A stretch of DNA of 64,000 bases from Phoronis australis. Taxonomy: Eukaryota; Animalia; Phoronida. Below, piece after piece: positions 1-13,080 of the stretch. Position numbers and translations under genes: made by a program. The notes under the pieces were generated by a model that saw only the letters and a list, made by a program, of their open reading frames with translations, was not told where the DNA came from and ran no database searches. The stretch spans positions 137,452 to 201,451 of the forward strand of contig NMRA01000318.1 in assembly GCA_002633005.1 (NCBI GenBank), given 5' to 3'. Numbering within the stretch: position 1 is the first letter of the stretch; each line of letters opens with the position of its first letter.

Positions 1-47
1 GACAAAATGTTGCCCCCCCCCCTTGTGATATCATAGATCCGCCACTG
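1..47. mobile_element. End of a short CAGTGGCGGATC-type MITE
   Basis: C-run followed by GATCCGCCACTG, similar to the termini at 39832 and 52053. Confidence 0.5.
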
Positions 48-587
48 TATAATGACCAATAATGAATCATGGAGTGGTAATGACAGAGTTGGTGATTTTA
101 AAAAGTCCAGTCTACACGGCTATTTCGGGGAGTCTATGGTATTGGTGAATGGTATAATTCAGATGGTATCACTGTGTATTGTTCACACACCCTTCAGTCA
201 CACCAGTTTAATAGGTCTTCTGTCAAAATAAAATCTAGATATTTCCCAGAGATCTCTTGAGTCAAGAGTAAAATTAACATGTTACATGTCAAACTGAAAA
301 ATGAAACGCGACTTTTTAACTCAAAAAGCAGTGTGACCGAACACTTACCCACACAGCGTCTGATTGAGACCTACATGGAATTGCACTTTGTAGACAAATC
401 TTACTCAGATAGTATGGAAGGGCTTAACAATCTGTCATGGAGATTTTCGTTTATTGTATCCCATAATGAAAGCTGTATGCTCCCACAAAGCACCTCAGGA
501 GGATTTGTGAGACAAAAAATATTTTTAGTGTTGTAAAATTTAACTGAAATAAATATTTTGCATGAATAAAGTCAAAATGATGATAAA

Positions 588-1415
588 AAATGCAACGTGG
601 GGCGTTGAAATGCACCCACAAATGCACCGCAAACAGTGTGCTTCTAGGATTGTTTATTTGTTTCATAAAAATGCCCATTAGATGGTGCAAATATGTCTAA
701 TCCATCTGAAAACGGGACTATGCCATCACTTTTTAATAGAAAGCTACCAAATTTCATAAAAATCTGTCAACGAACTTCAAACAAAGGAAACAGGAAATAA
801 GAAATCGCTACTATGGGCCACAGCATTCGGTGGATCCGCCTGAAAGACATCGTCTCTTGTTACCTTCACATAAATACAAATACAATTTAATAAAGATCCT
901 GCAGTGGGTTTAGGAGATGCAGCTACATTGTATGAGCGCAAAACAAAACTATCACTAGGAGGCACCACAGTAGTCAAAGTCGTCATCGTCAACCGTCCTC
1001 TTCACACTGAGAACATATACGCCAATTTTTAAAACCATCCTTTGAATGGTTTGGTTGATAGCGATGTGGACGCTAAAAAACGACTCCAAACCAGTAAAAA
1101 TGACCACTAGATAGCACAAACTACGTCGAACGGGAGAACAGCGTCATCTCACTAGTACATGCCTGTGTGTCAAGTTTTGATGAAAATGAGGAAATTTGTT
1201 GAGGTAAATGAAAAAAATAAATTGCCTCTAGGGGGCACACCGGTAGTCGGATCTGCACGAAAGTTCGCTCATTACATTCCATCCGTGAAAGGAACATGTA
1301 TGCCAAATTTCATGAACGTACGTCAAAGGGTTTTGGAGCCTTGTTAGAGCAGCGGACGGAAGGACGGAGATGAGGGCATAATGTGTCCACATATAAATAG
1401 GTGTGTGCATAAAAA
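588..1415 (-). mobile_element. Non-autonomous Helentron/DINE-1-like element, copy 1
   Basis: Colinear with 8627-9708; internal sub-repeats, GGAC-type microsatellite (~1353-1370), terminal hairpin and A-run flanks. Confidence 0.6.
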
Positions 1416-2182
1416 AGAGATGACAAAAGAGGAAACTGGAAATCAAATAAGAGGAAATCGAAACCAAAAAAGACGAAATCCCCTTAAAAGAAGAAAATTT
1501 CAAGCCCTGCTTATTGTATCCCATAATACAAGCTATGTGTTCCTGCAAAGTAACAAAACTTTTAGAAATTTGTGAAACTGTAAATTGGTTAGCCTATAAG
1601 GAACCAAAGAATCATTAACTTTTGATATTTCAAAACAAAGTACTAGGAGTAAGCAAAGTTAACTTTCATATGCTCATTCTGCATTGGACTCTCTTGTGGA
1701 GGTAGAAAAATGCATTGTATGACTAACCTACTTTTCAAAACGTCAGACACTCTGGAGATGATTAACAAGGGATGACCAATGTATTGGGCAGTCAGCACTC
1801 ATATTTTCGCCATTGCCAATTTCGTGGTGCCACCATTACAACACAACATGCAATAATACAAGTTTGCCTGGATTACAGTCATGAATCATATGGTAATTGG
1901 GATATACAATAGTGACTAGCACATCTGTATGTGAAGAAACAGGAAAGGTACTTGACAAATATGCTGCATAGTGCGTAAATACCTTAAAATGAGAGAGGCG
2001 CTCTGCTTTTTCAAGAACGTCCTACTGTTAAAAGTTGACATAAAGAGAATAACAGTGTATTAGTTTTGACATGGATGAAACGCAATCCTTCTCTAAGCAA
2101 TCCACCAGCAATCAAGCAACCACTCAATGACCTGGGGGTTAACAACCTCATTGCCAGCCTTTCCTTCCCATCTGTGCACTTT

Positions 2183-2459
2183 TCATTTTTGTGTTGTGTC
2201 TGACCCTTTCTCATGATCCAAACTCGTTTTGCTGACTGAATCTTCTCCAGCGTTCGACAAACAGTTTGTTGATGATTCACAATCAACACTAAGCGAATGA
2301 ATTCCAGTCCTCAAATTTGAAAACGCAAAGTCATTATTTTTATCGCCACATTTGTCTGAATTTTTGTCTCCAACTTCACAACTTCTGCCACTGCTTTCAT
2401 CACAGTCATCTTGAAAATTGTCATCACGGTCGTCTCTCTCTTCATCACCTTCTACAGAA
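2183..2459 (-). CDS. TSR3: TSR3 terminal coding exon ([10 protein letters not shown]...GSDTTQK*)
   Basis: tttggtttcag acceptor; open acidic frame to TGA at 2185-2183. Confidence 0.75.
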
Positions 2460-5400
2460 CTGAAACCAAAGCATGAAACAGAATCATTACCTACAGCATT
2501 AGAAAAGAATGCTTAATCACCAAGTAAACCCAGTTTAATTGAAAACTGTCATATATAACAACGCAATAAAAACACCTCAAGCAGGCCGGTAGACTTGATG
2601 AGCACAAGGCAAGCACAGAACTTAAAGCACAACAGTGTTAGTTGCAATGAGTCCCAAGAAGGCCTAAATAACCTGTCGGCCTTTTTGGGGAAATTTATTT
2701 CCGACAGCACTGTTGTTATCATTGTTATTAATATTTAGGTCAAGTAAAATTCGGCCATGTTGTTGTTACCCATTGTTTGAAGCCTTTTCACTAAATTTTA
2801 CTAAAAATACATGACAACATGACCCAGTTTCATGTGAGATTGGCATAAACTTAGGAATCAAATTCTACAGGTTTTCTGTCTGCTTTCCAAAAATATTAAC
2901 TTCTGACTCAGTTGAAATCTATAGTTTTGATGACATTTGACAAAATGCATAGACTTGTCAATAAGGTCCTGCATAGCTTACAGATGCCGAGATTGTACAA
3001 CAGCAGGAGAGATGGGCAACAAAGTGCTTCATAGCGCGAGGATGGCAATACGAAGATGCAGCAAAAATTCGTATCAGGGGAAAAGATCAAAGAGTGTGTA
3101 ACCAGCACAAACTTGGTTGCATCTCCAAATTTACATTGCGTGTGATACTGGAAGGAGGAGGGCCAGAGACTATCCCCGTGCCTACCCTCTGATGTCACCA
3201 CAGAAACACAAACAGAAACTAATAGCATGAAGTTGTGAAGCAACAGGTCAGGATAAATTGTCAAATATGTAAACAAACAACATTTAGCTTGGTTTCATTC
3301 ACCTTGGCATGACATACTCCTTAACAGGCAGACTTTCTTCTTCATTTTCTTCTTCATCTTCACCACTGTCCTCATCGTCTTCCTCTTCCGAGCTAACAAC
3401 AAAGATAAGATTTAAAATTCATACTTTATTCTGTTTCAAAGCATCCACTAACAAGCATTTTTTTGCTCAAATATTGCTTTTAATAATGCTGGGAGGCAGA
3501 CATGTGATATCGCAAACACTGTTCCTACCAATCAAAAGCAGCAACTTAACAACAGAAAAAGAAGACTGAAATGACATCAAATTTTGGCAGAGAAAAAGCT
3601 GTCAAATATAAAAAATAATCCAATAATCGTAACACTCCCACTAGTTAAATCCAATTGAACGGTGATATCTCATAAGATTTCAGCAGAATCTGACTTATCT
3701 GAAGAGCTGGTCATGCAATTTACAATAACCGCAACCCTGAACTATCTCATTTAAGCCCTATCTTGAATGGCAACACCTGTAATCTGAGCCCACTAGCGCC
3801 ATAAATTGCCAAATGTAACTAACTGTTAGGTGTATTGGCTTGCTTTTGTCTATGTCACCCCGAGACTCACCTTTTAATTCAAACAGCCGCGAATAACATC
3901 CTTAGCAATGGCATTCTATTCAGACCCATATTCAACACAACTGTTATCAGCCATTCGTTGTTTGTGGTGGGATCTCACGGTGACGTAACATGACACGAAA
4001 AGACAGCTTTACCTATCATTTGACAGACCTACATTTATGTGATTAAAGTCGCGTTTTCTTATTTTGCCAAGGCCTCGCAAGGACTACCTGGTTAACCCAA
4101 AAGATCTAATTACAAATTCCCTTTAAGTTAGGCTTCATGGTTGAGTAGCACCCTAGAAAAATGAACAGAACATCGTATGTCAGATCGGCTGACCAGATTT
4201 ATATCAAACTTTCAGATGCTACACTTTATTTAGAGAATTATGACATATAGATGGCGCTTGCTATTCGCCCTAGCCGCCATCTGAGGAAAGTCAGTGGGAT
4301 AACTTCTGGCAGCAGACTGGCTTACACAGTAAGCCTTAAAATGATTTTTATCTTAGTGACCACAGTTATATCTAACATTATGTGTATTGTCCAAGAAAGT
4401 GTCTACGCTTGTCAGTGTGTTTGGAGTATCCACATGTATTGAGCAGGTGGGATTTGAAATCACCTGACCACAATATAAATGTTGCCTGAGGCAACGTTCC
4501 AGGTCTTAATATCCAACACTGAGAATAATTCTGTATAACCACAGTACAGTAAAGGGTATCATTAGTCATGCATGGCAAAGACAAAAGTGGGATGCGAAGA
4601 TGGTGCAGAGTTCGTTACTCGCACGCCACTGTCACTACGTCTAGTAGGTAAGTGTTATTCTTAACTACGTAAGATTTTTAGAACAATTGCTATGGCCAGA
4701 GTAAAAAGGGTTGACACGCATGGTGCAACCCATGTTTTAGGGTCCCAACACAGTATTTGATCGGATAATTCAACTTAGACAGAATACCGCACTTGGATAT
4801 GGAGATGCAGCCGGTGTATTTTATGAGCCTGTGCACTGAATGAACTTCTCTGCAGTGCACATGCATTGAAAGTCTGCTCATTGATCCCTTTTTGCAAGTC
4901 GATATGACAGCATTCACAGTTGGGATCACATAGATGAAAACCGGTCCACTCACCTAGTTTCAGGAAGACTGTAGTTTCTATTTAAATTGTGTTCCCCTTC
5001 ATCGTCACTGTCAATGTCAAATGGATCTGAAAAAATGAAACTTGCTATGTATATGGATGAATAATACAAAAGAACCAACTCTAATTAGGAGAAGTCAGTA
5101 GCAGATGGCCACTGCGTTTTTAAAGCCTCATTTTGCACTCTTTATTTGGCACTTGAACGAACTGCATGTGACCGGAGTTGGTAACAGAACTGTAAAGGAC
5201 ATTATGACATCGATTTTATGAGAGTAAAAGTCCCAATTTGATTTTTGTTTCTTCATGCCTACACCCAGCCTAAAAAATGGGGGCCCGAATTTTTGAGAAT
5301 GTGGACCTTTTACTAAGATTCACAGGGTATGTTCAGAGCTGTGAATTATGCTTTTGCTGAATTTCCGTAGTTCCAGCCTTCTTCGTGGACTTTTGCCTCA

Positions 5401-8400
5401 TTTTCTACTTTTTTCAGAGTTTTTGTTTCTCTGAGGCAGACCTTTTTGCCCACTTCGTCAAATAAGGAGGCTCGTTTGAGCCTCTTGAGCCCCCAACGAC
5501 ATTTTCTATCAGATTTTATTTGGCCAATATAATTTTATTTATTCAGCTTTGCATCAAGGCTAGAGGAAATACAGCTACACGGGGTCACTTTTTGACATGC
5601 TTCACAGTCAACGCTATTTTTAATTTTCATAATGTTTTCCAGGAATTGTTTGCATTTCCAATAGTTCTTTTCCCATAAAAAGAAGATGAATAGTAATTTC
5701 CAATGTCGCTTTTACTCCTAGTATAACAGAATGCATGGAATTGCAATTATGCAATTTCAAAAATGAAAGGGTTTATCTAGCTTCATGAAATTCTCCATGA
5801 GTAAGAGTTTTTATCAACTTGGCAACCATGCATGAGCACTATGTTTGCTGTGGTCCAGATTTTCCATAACGAAGTACCATGCTTCGGCTAAAAAATACCC
5901 ATCATGCATTATTCAAAAAAAGTTTCCAGAAAAGTCAGTATTAGTCACGGTACACCATTGATGACTGGAAGCCACGACAAAAGACGTTGGAGGCATTGGG
6001 AAAAGCGTGAATATCTCAAAACTTCACCTGTACAGCGCCACTTACCTCTTGCTTTACGTTCAATGTCCTCGCATCTCATTCGCTCCAGGAACTCCCCTTG
6101 TGCCTTGATCACGTCTGCTCCCGTATGGCACTGTCTGTACGTGGTCAACACGTCCTCATTCAGGGTGAAAAACCCACGACCCCACTTGAACTGCTTCAAA
6201 AGAACATCTCCGAACTCCTTGAAACCTTAAAACAATGAAACAGATTTGGTTAAGGATTGCGCAGAAATATCTAACAATGTTGCACATTTCAGAGTTCTAA
6301 TTAAAACTGAGTGCATAACATGGTAGAAAGTTTTTTGTTAAAATTTTCACTAATGAAGAGACACGGGCATTATAAGGAATCAGTCAAAACACAATTATTG
6401 CAACTTATTTCAAACTGTTAGAAACATGTCATCTGTTAAAATTAATGATATATCAGTAATTATAGCCAATTTTTCTTACCAAGAACAAATATATCTGATA
6501 TTGAATGATCAGGGCTTTAAAACACAGAAACCTAGAACTTGGTGTCTCAGCATTACGTCAAAACACAGCCAAACGGGTTCACCATTGTGAGAAGTGGGAT
6601 GTCCCAAGGTAACAGTTAGTAAACAATGCTCAATACACGTTACAATACTGTCAACATTGAATTCATAGAATTTTGGATGGTTGAAGTCATTCCTGCAAAT
6701 ATTTAATAACAGAGAAAACAACACCTGTTGTGGATTTCATTTTTGAATTCAATGCGTTTGTTCAAGCCAGAATACCAATGACCAGTACTTGAGGTCATAG
6801 TCTTATATAAGAGGTTTAACAGGCAACAGAGAGAAGACTAATTCATTCAATAGTACCAGTCATATAACATATCGCAGCATACGCTTCAACACAGGACAGT
6901 TTACTGGGTCGCCCATAGTTTACTGGATTGGCCGCAACAAGATAAGGCAATAATCGGGGGTGACCTCCTCTGGTTTTCGAAAATGGTGTCTCGGCCAGTT
7001 TGGCCCAAGAACAGTCCACCACAGCGACGCCGTGTTCAGCTACGATATCCCTGCAAAGATACACATAACCAAGAAGGTAAAATATAAAATGTAAAACATT
7101 ACCTACAGTAATACTTCACCTGTTTAATAGTGATAACCACATGCAATTTATTAATAATCAATTTCTTCCATTTTTTGAGGGTATTTACTGCACCCAGGTG
7201 CACAAGAGAACGTTCTGACAGATACATGTATTACATCAAGCTACAAGTTTTAACTCTCACTACCACGAAACTCTTTAACCAACTATAACAAGGCGGGACA
7301 GCACAATAACAAATAGACATTTATGTTTGTCCTAAATATTTTTACGTCTAATCACCAACACACCTTCTAACCAGAGTAGTAACCATTCTTTACCTGTCAT
7401 TGGGTGACACACACTGCGTGGCCACTGGGGTCAAAATGATGCCGTTGAATTTCTGGCTGAGCCTCAGTGTCTTGACATAGCCAAGTCTAGCCAGCTTGCG
7501 ACCTGAACATTTCTTCGGATCACACTGTTCAAAATCCCACATCGCCAATGGGAATGGGAACCTCTCTGGTGCATAGTACGGCAGCTCATCTTTCTCTGTC
7601 GTTGCAGCAGCTAATGAAAATATTTTAACAACCGTACTAATAATAAGTTATACAATCATTTTGCATGCAACCCAATTTGCATATTCAAGTTACAAAAATA
7701 TAAAATTTCGTCAAAGCTTTTCCTCTTCAGTTCTTGCTAGGTCATCAGAGCGCCTAGATGGCCCAAGAAACGGTAGGCACCGCATACATAGTGCTTTTCA
7801 AATTGTTTTATAATTGTGCACAATGGCTTAATCGCTTCTCGAATTTCACTTACAGCATTACCAAGATGAACGATGACTGTTCCCACTTTGAGATACAATC
7901 ACTTAGTGTTGACACAAACAGAGGCAAAATACAGGATCTGGCCATCTCAAGTTTATGCTCTGTAATCATTTCAAGTCAAAAATAATGATCTAAGATCAGT
8001 AGTTGTTCTCGTGATTATCACAAATTATAAAATTTTACGTCAGATTTTCTTTAGTAAATACAATGCCAAAAATGTTGAATCAACAAAAATCACATTATAA
8101 ATGGGAATGTTTCCTTTCAAACTCTTCTGTTTTTGTATGAAACACATTTGAGAGGTTTTAAATGAGCTATAATTCACAATCATACCATGAACCAGATTCA
8201 CACTCAAAAATAAGGGTTCTCTAAATTGGGCCGTTTCGACTTAAACTTTTCCTAGTATAAGAACACGACCCTTGATATTGACGCCCATTTCCCCCAGAAG
8301 AATACTAAACAATAACAAAAACTTCCCCGCACCAAGCCCAAAAAATTCCCCAACAATGATTGAAAATTCCTGTTTAGGTTAGAATCATTTTAAACTCACA

Positions 8401-10202
8401 CAGACCCTTGGATTCCGAAAGTTTGTTAACTACAAAAATCCTTACATCACAGTAATGCCAGAGAATCTTGATTAATTTATTACAATTGCAGGGGTGATCA
8501 CATTGCATCGACAATAGAGCATTTTTAAGTGGGGAATGTAACAGTGACAATAAAAAATAAACCCACTTTGTGGTTGAACCACCCACTGGGAATTCATAGA
8601 ATTTGCTGGTAAATATGGCCACTCTAAAACAAGAGCAACATGGAGTATTGAAATGCGCCCACGAATGCACCGCAAACAGTGTGCTTCTAGAGTTGTTTAT
8701 TTGTTTCATAAAAATAGCCACTAGATAGCACAAAAACGTCCAGTCCATCTGAAAATGGGAACATGCTATCGCTTCTTTAATAGAAAGCTATTTACCAAAT
8801 TTCATAAAAATAAGAACATACATGCCAATTTCCACAATCATCCTTAGAGTCGTTTGGTTGAAAGACGGGTGGACGACATAAAACAAGACTAAGAAATAGT
8901 AAAAAAATTACCACTAGGTGGCACAAACTACGTCAAATCCATCTGAAAATGGAAGGATAGTGTCATCTTACTAATAGATGCTTATATGCCAATTTTTTTG
9001 AAAATACGTTTGACCTTTGAAGATACAGAGGTAAACGTAAAAACTAAAATTGCCACTAAGGAGCACACCGGTAGTCAGATTCATCCGAAAGTCATCGTCA
9101 TCCATTGTAAACATCATGTAAACACACTTGCAAAATTTAGCAACAGCCCTGCCAACAGTTTAGGAGATACAGCCATGGGCGCGAACAAAACTGCCACTAG
9201 GAGGTGCCACAGTATTCGAAATCACCGGAAAATCATCGTCAGTCGTCCTCTTCTTAGTAAGAACTTGGTTACATGCCAATTTTCACAATCATCCTTAGAG
9301 CGGTTTGGTTGATACAGGGGTGAACACCGAAAAAACAGATTCGAAAACAGTAAAACCAGCCACTTGGTGGTGCAAACTACGTTGAATCCATCTGAAAACA
9401 AGAGGATAGCGTCATCTGACTAATAGATGCCTATATGCCAAATTTTAAGAAAATACGTCGAAGACCTTTGAAGATAAAGAGGTAAGTGTACAAAACTAAA
9501 ATTACCACTAGGGAGCACACCGGTAGTCAGATCCACCCAAAAGTTCGCTCATGCCGTCTCGCCCATAAAAGGAACATCTGTGCAGAATTTCATGAACATA
9601 CATCAAAGGCCTTTGGAGATAGAGCAGGGGACACCAGACGGGCGAACGCTAAACGGACACAGATGGCGGCATGATGTGTCCACATATAAAAATGTGGGCG
9701 CGTAAAAAAGGGGAGGACTGAAGACACCCATGCACCTACAGTGTAGCACAGAAAGACATTAACGAGTGTGCTGGGTTCACAACTCACATGGTCTGCTGGG
9801 TGGTCTGTTCAAAGTAGTATAGTACATGTGTAAGGTGGTGCCTTAAAAGAAGCACAAAGCGTACTTTTGCAGACTTGTACCAGTGCCCCAGGAGGGCAGA
9901 CTTGTTGATGACAGCGACTAGGAAAGAAATTGGTGGCAACTGTGAGGGAATTTTCCATCACTCAAAAAATACCCTTAGAAGGCACATGCACCTTTCCCCT
10001 CATGTGACCAAGGACCCTGGTGACATGCCTCAACAAAACACTTCCTTCTATTGGCATTATATTATGACGCAGATTTGCACATCATACCTTCGGACATAAA
10101 ATGTCTATTTCCACCATCTTCAAACTTGTTGAGTTTACTGCGCTGTCGAAGTCGCTGATTTGCTCCACCACAGCTTTTCTGACCTCTTTTGCTTTTCCCC
10201 AT
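2183..10202 (-). CDS. TSR3: 18S rRNA aminocarboxypropyltransferase TSR3, ~376-381 aa; join of 10202-10088, 7610-7394, 7050-6857, 6225-6046, 5026-4954, 3392-3318 (or -3303), 2459-2183
   Basis: The spliced translation contains the family motifs [70 protein letters not shown] and DPFDIDSD, then an acidic tail. All introns are GT-AG and phase-compatible. Confidence 0.95.
3303..3392 (-). CDS. TSR3: TSR3 coding exon 6 (acidic [15 protein letters not shown]...); two possible donors (exon end 3318 or 3303)
   Basis: gttgttag acceptor and acidic low-complexity translation; both donors are phase 2. Confidence 0.78.
4954..5026 (-). CDS. TSR3: TSR3 coding exon 5 ([17 protein letters not shown]...)
   Basis: ttttttcag acceptor, AG|gtgagt donor; resembles the DPFDVDS motif of vertebrate TSR3. 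Confidence 0.88.
5254..5500 (+). mobile_element. ~250-bp MITE family copy
   Basis: CACCCAGCCTAAAAA..GGGGG.CGAATTTTTGA.AATGTGGACCTTTTACTAA is shared with 40946, 47222 and 54200. Confidence 0.7.
6046..6225 (-). CDS. TSR3: TSR3 coding exon 4 ([19 protein letters not shown]...ERKAR)
   Basis: FKWG motif; G|gtaagt donor. Confidence 0.95.
6857..7050 (-). CDS. TSR3: TSR3 coding exon 3 ([15 protein letters not shown]...AAICYMT)
   Basis: Core motif; tttgcag acceptor and G|gtacta donor. Confidence 0.95.
7394..7610 (-). CDS. TSR3: TSR3 coding exon 2 (...[30 protein letters not shown]...)
   Basis: ttttcattag acceptor, AG|gtaaaa donor, conserved N-terminal motif. Confidence 0.95.
8627..9708 (-). mobile_element. 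Non-autonomous Helentron/DINE-1-like element, copy 2 (TSR3 intron)
   Basis: Termini AACAAGAGC...GCGTAAAAA, asymmetric sub-terminal inverted repeat GCGCCCAC/GTGGGCGC, hairpin CCACAT-ATAAAA-ATGTGG and an internal tandem duplication of ~480 bp. Confidence 0.62.
10088..10202 (-). CDS. TSR3: TSR3 coding exon 1 ([13 protein letters not shown]...FMSE)
   Basis: ATG at 10202 with a basic N-terminus and G|gtatga donor. An upstream polypyrimidine/tag acceptor near 10220 implies a non-coding first exon. Confidence 0.8.
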
Positions 10203-10669
10203 CAAGAGTGAATTAATTTCTACGGCAAAAACAAACAAAAAAGTTGGTCAAGACCATGTCTCGAAAAACTTATCTCAAAAATAAACAAATATGGGTGTGT
10301 GAAAGGATACCTGAGTGAGTACAGATATTTCAATAGTTGTAATTGCAAGCTCCAAAGTTGAAAGCAGAATACTGGACAGTCCCACACTAAGCAGTTGAAG
10401 TAGGTACTCTCACTATCACATGTGAAGAACAGAANACGTAGTGGGAAGATTGTGAACCTCGCCAAAGAAGCTGGTTACCACGTGTATGTCCACAGATTGC
10501 AAAACTCGCCAGATTTCTGGCGCGTATTTATGCCTGTGTAATGGTGTACGCATTTGGTCCTAACAATGAGTTCGAAATAAGCTCCCACGGCCGCCTGGGA
10601 CACGAGTCAAACAGCAGTTTCTGATTTTGATAAGAACCAGGCAATCCATCATCAAATGACAAACCAGGC

Positions 10670-11275
10670 AGTGACCACCGTCTCTATATAGCTGCATCAC
10701 TCAGTAGAGACAGTGCTTAATGCACCGGAAGCTTTTTGGCAAATTATACCTCACACCAACTATTAAAACACATCAAAGGCACATTCTTATAACTACCTTT
10801 AGCACGTAGAGAGACACTTTAGGAAGTTAGGAGGCTGTCGATGCACTTAATCCCGTCCAACTCGACGAAATACTCCCGTTATCAAACTTTTTCTTCGAGC
10901 AGTCCCTAATCATAGATTGTTCAGCTCTCACAAAATCGGTAACTGGCCATTTTTACAATTGTGCACACCAGGGAGTATGACGTCATAACCCTTGCCGCAC
11001 GGAGAATTAAAAATGGCCAGTTTCTGATTCTGAAAACTGAACGAAGGACTGCTCGAAGACAAAATTTGATAACGGGTATATTTCGTCGAGGTGGAAGGAA
11101 TTAGATTATAAATACATCGACAGCCTCCTAACTTGAAGGTGTCTCTCTACGCACAAAAGGTATTTATAACAAAGTGACTTTGATGTTTTAGTTGGTGTGA
11201 GGCATATTTCAGAGAAAAGATTCTGGCGTATGAAGCTCCTATAAGCTACACCGTCTCTAGACTCTACTGAGCCAA
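10670..11275. mobile_element. Foldback-type MITE (long imperfect palindrome)
   Basis: Arms ~10730-10960 and ~11010-11230 are reverse complements; related to 15231-15641 and 16150-16380. Confidence 0.75.
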
Positions 11276-12637
11276 CTAATAAATAACAAACTAGAGACAG
11301 CTGATGAGAGAGAGTAGCAAATGAAAGCCGTTCTCTCCATCAGGGACCTTATGTTCGACTACTGTCGACATCTTAAGTTAGAAAAAATTAGTTTGAAATA
11401 GGAACCAGTACTGGAAGGTTTAAATGAAGCAGGAGAAATTTTCTAAAGCTCTGCAGAAAGTCATGTCAAAGTCTTCTTGTACGTAATGTGATATAAGGGC
11501 GCAGCCATCTTGTTTAGGCAGTTTCGTCCTCTGGCGGCGGACTAGACAACTAAGCTAGAGTCTGAACTGGCCCCGGACAAATGCCGATAGCTCGTTGCCC
11601 GGGGCTGTTAATACCCGAGTTTAAATCTGAGTGACTACAGTAATTATCCGCTTATTTTGTAAACAAATAATCGGTAAAATTCCAATTTTCCGTTTTTTCA
11701 AGACCGATTACTTTACTCCTAATAATGGTAACTGAATGTTGACCTGTAGGCCTAATTGTGAAATAAATGATAATGGAACAAAACAAGGTTACATGTAGAC
11801 GTTTTTTATACATCGTCAAACCTGATGTCAACTGAATCACTGGATAAAGATCATCGGGTTCATTTTTGATACTGATCACGTAATACATCCAGAAAACAAC
11901 TTGTTTTCATTTGAAAGACCTCAGATTCGACTTTTATAACAATTTAAAGCTGATTTCTTGTTCAATGAAATTTGTAACCTATGCTCATCATTTCCAAAAT
12001 CGACATTTTTCAAGACAATTTTCACTAAATGTAAAGTTGAGGGAAGATATTTTTGCTGAGTAATCAAGATTGACTCTAGCTGTAATTTAAAAAAGTTACC
12101 TAAAGGTGACAACTTAGGTCAGTGCAATATGGTAGTAAGAGGGGTCACAAAAACGGCCACTAAAATTGTCTAGGGAAAGTGATCTGTGGATTATCTCCCT
12201 ACTGTAGCACAAAGACGTCAAATTTGATCAAATGCCAAATAATTATTTTCAGTATACATTGGTTATTCGGCCAGCCACCAAAAGTACAACTTTTAACACT
12301 TATAATATTTATTCGTAATTGAAAACATGCAATTTATATGATTAACTGCTGTCTAGTGCTCCAGATTTATTGATCATTGGATGCACAAAATGTGGCATTT
12401 AAATTTTTGTTATGGTACCTATCCTTGTACAATAAATGAAGTTGTTTTGAAGTTGACGTATAGACTGATTCAAATCTTCAGCCGGGTTTTTATATAGACT
12501 ACCTCTTACTTTGGCAATCATGACCGGGGCCTCGTACGGCACTGGCTACGTTCTCCTTAGTCAGTTAGTGGACTGTTAAAACCAAGAAATTTTCAAAACT
12601 GGTTGCGATCTCATTAGTACCAGCGGGTCCGAACTTA

Positions 12638-12990
12638 CAGTCAGACGAAGACATCATCATCTCTGAAAGTCAACCGTTTTCTTCGCCTTCGAACTAAAGT
12701 TATTTTGGTGATAATATTTCATACAAAACACATCTTCAAGATGTTGAATGACGCTTGGAAATGTCGGTTAGCCGCATATCACTGAGGCGCGTTGTATTAC
12801 GTGAGCTTATCACTAGATGAACACGCTGAACTACAGTGAAAAATTGGTTTGCCAACTTTCTCCCCTTGCTATCGCTGTCAAACTGATGACGACAGGGCTG
12901 CGTGTAGTATCCCGATTAGCCGATCAGTGAAATCGGGATTCGGGATCATCCCGGCACCACAGAGCGGGTGCACGGATTCGGGACCCGAAT
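12638..12990 (-). other. Probable non-coding first exon / TSS region of TSR3 (5' end uncertain)
   Basis: Minus-strand donor ACT|gtaagt at ~12638 in CpG-rich DNA; the TSR3 ATG exon has its own acceptor. Confidence 0.35.
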
Positions 12991-13080
12991 ACCTGGAGCA
13001 ATTGGATTCTAACTAGCTCTTGTAGGAGCTTTTTGGTCTTCTTTTTTTATCCCAACACCGATGTAAAACAAAAACGTTTT

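Noticed and set aside
11301-11330. Hammerhead ribozyme core candidates (CTGATGA...GAAA here, at ~17199 and at ~57868)
   Set aside because: No proper stem II immediately followed by GAAA, and no flanking helices by eye.
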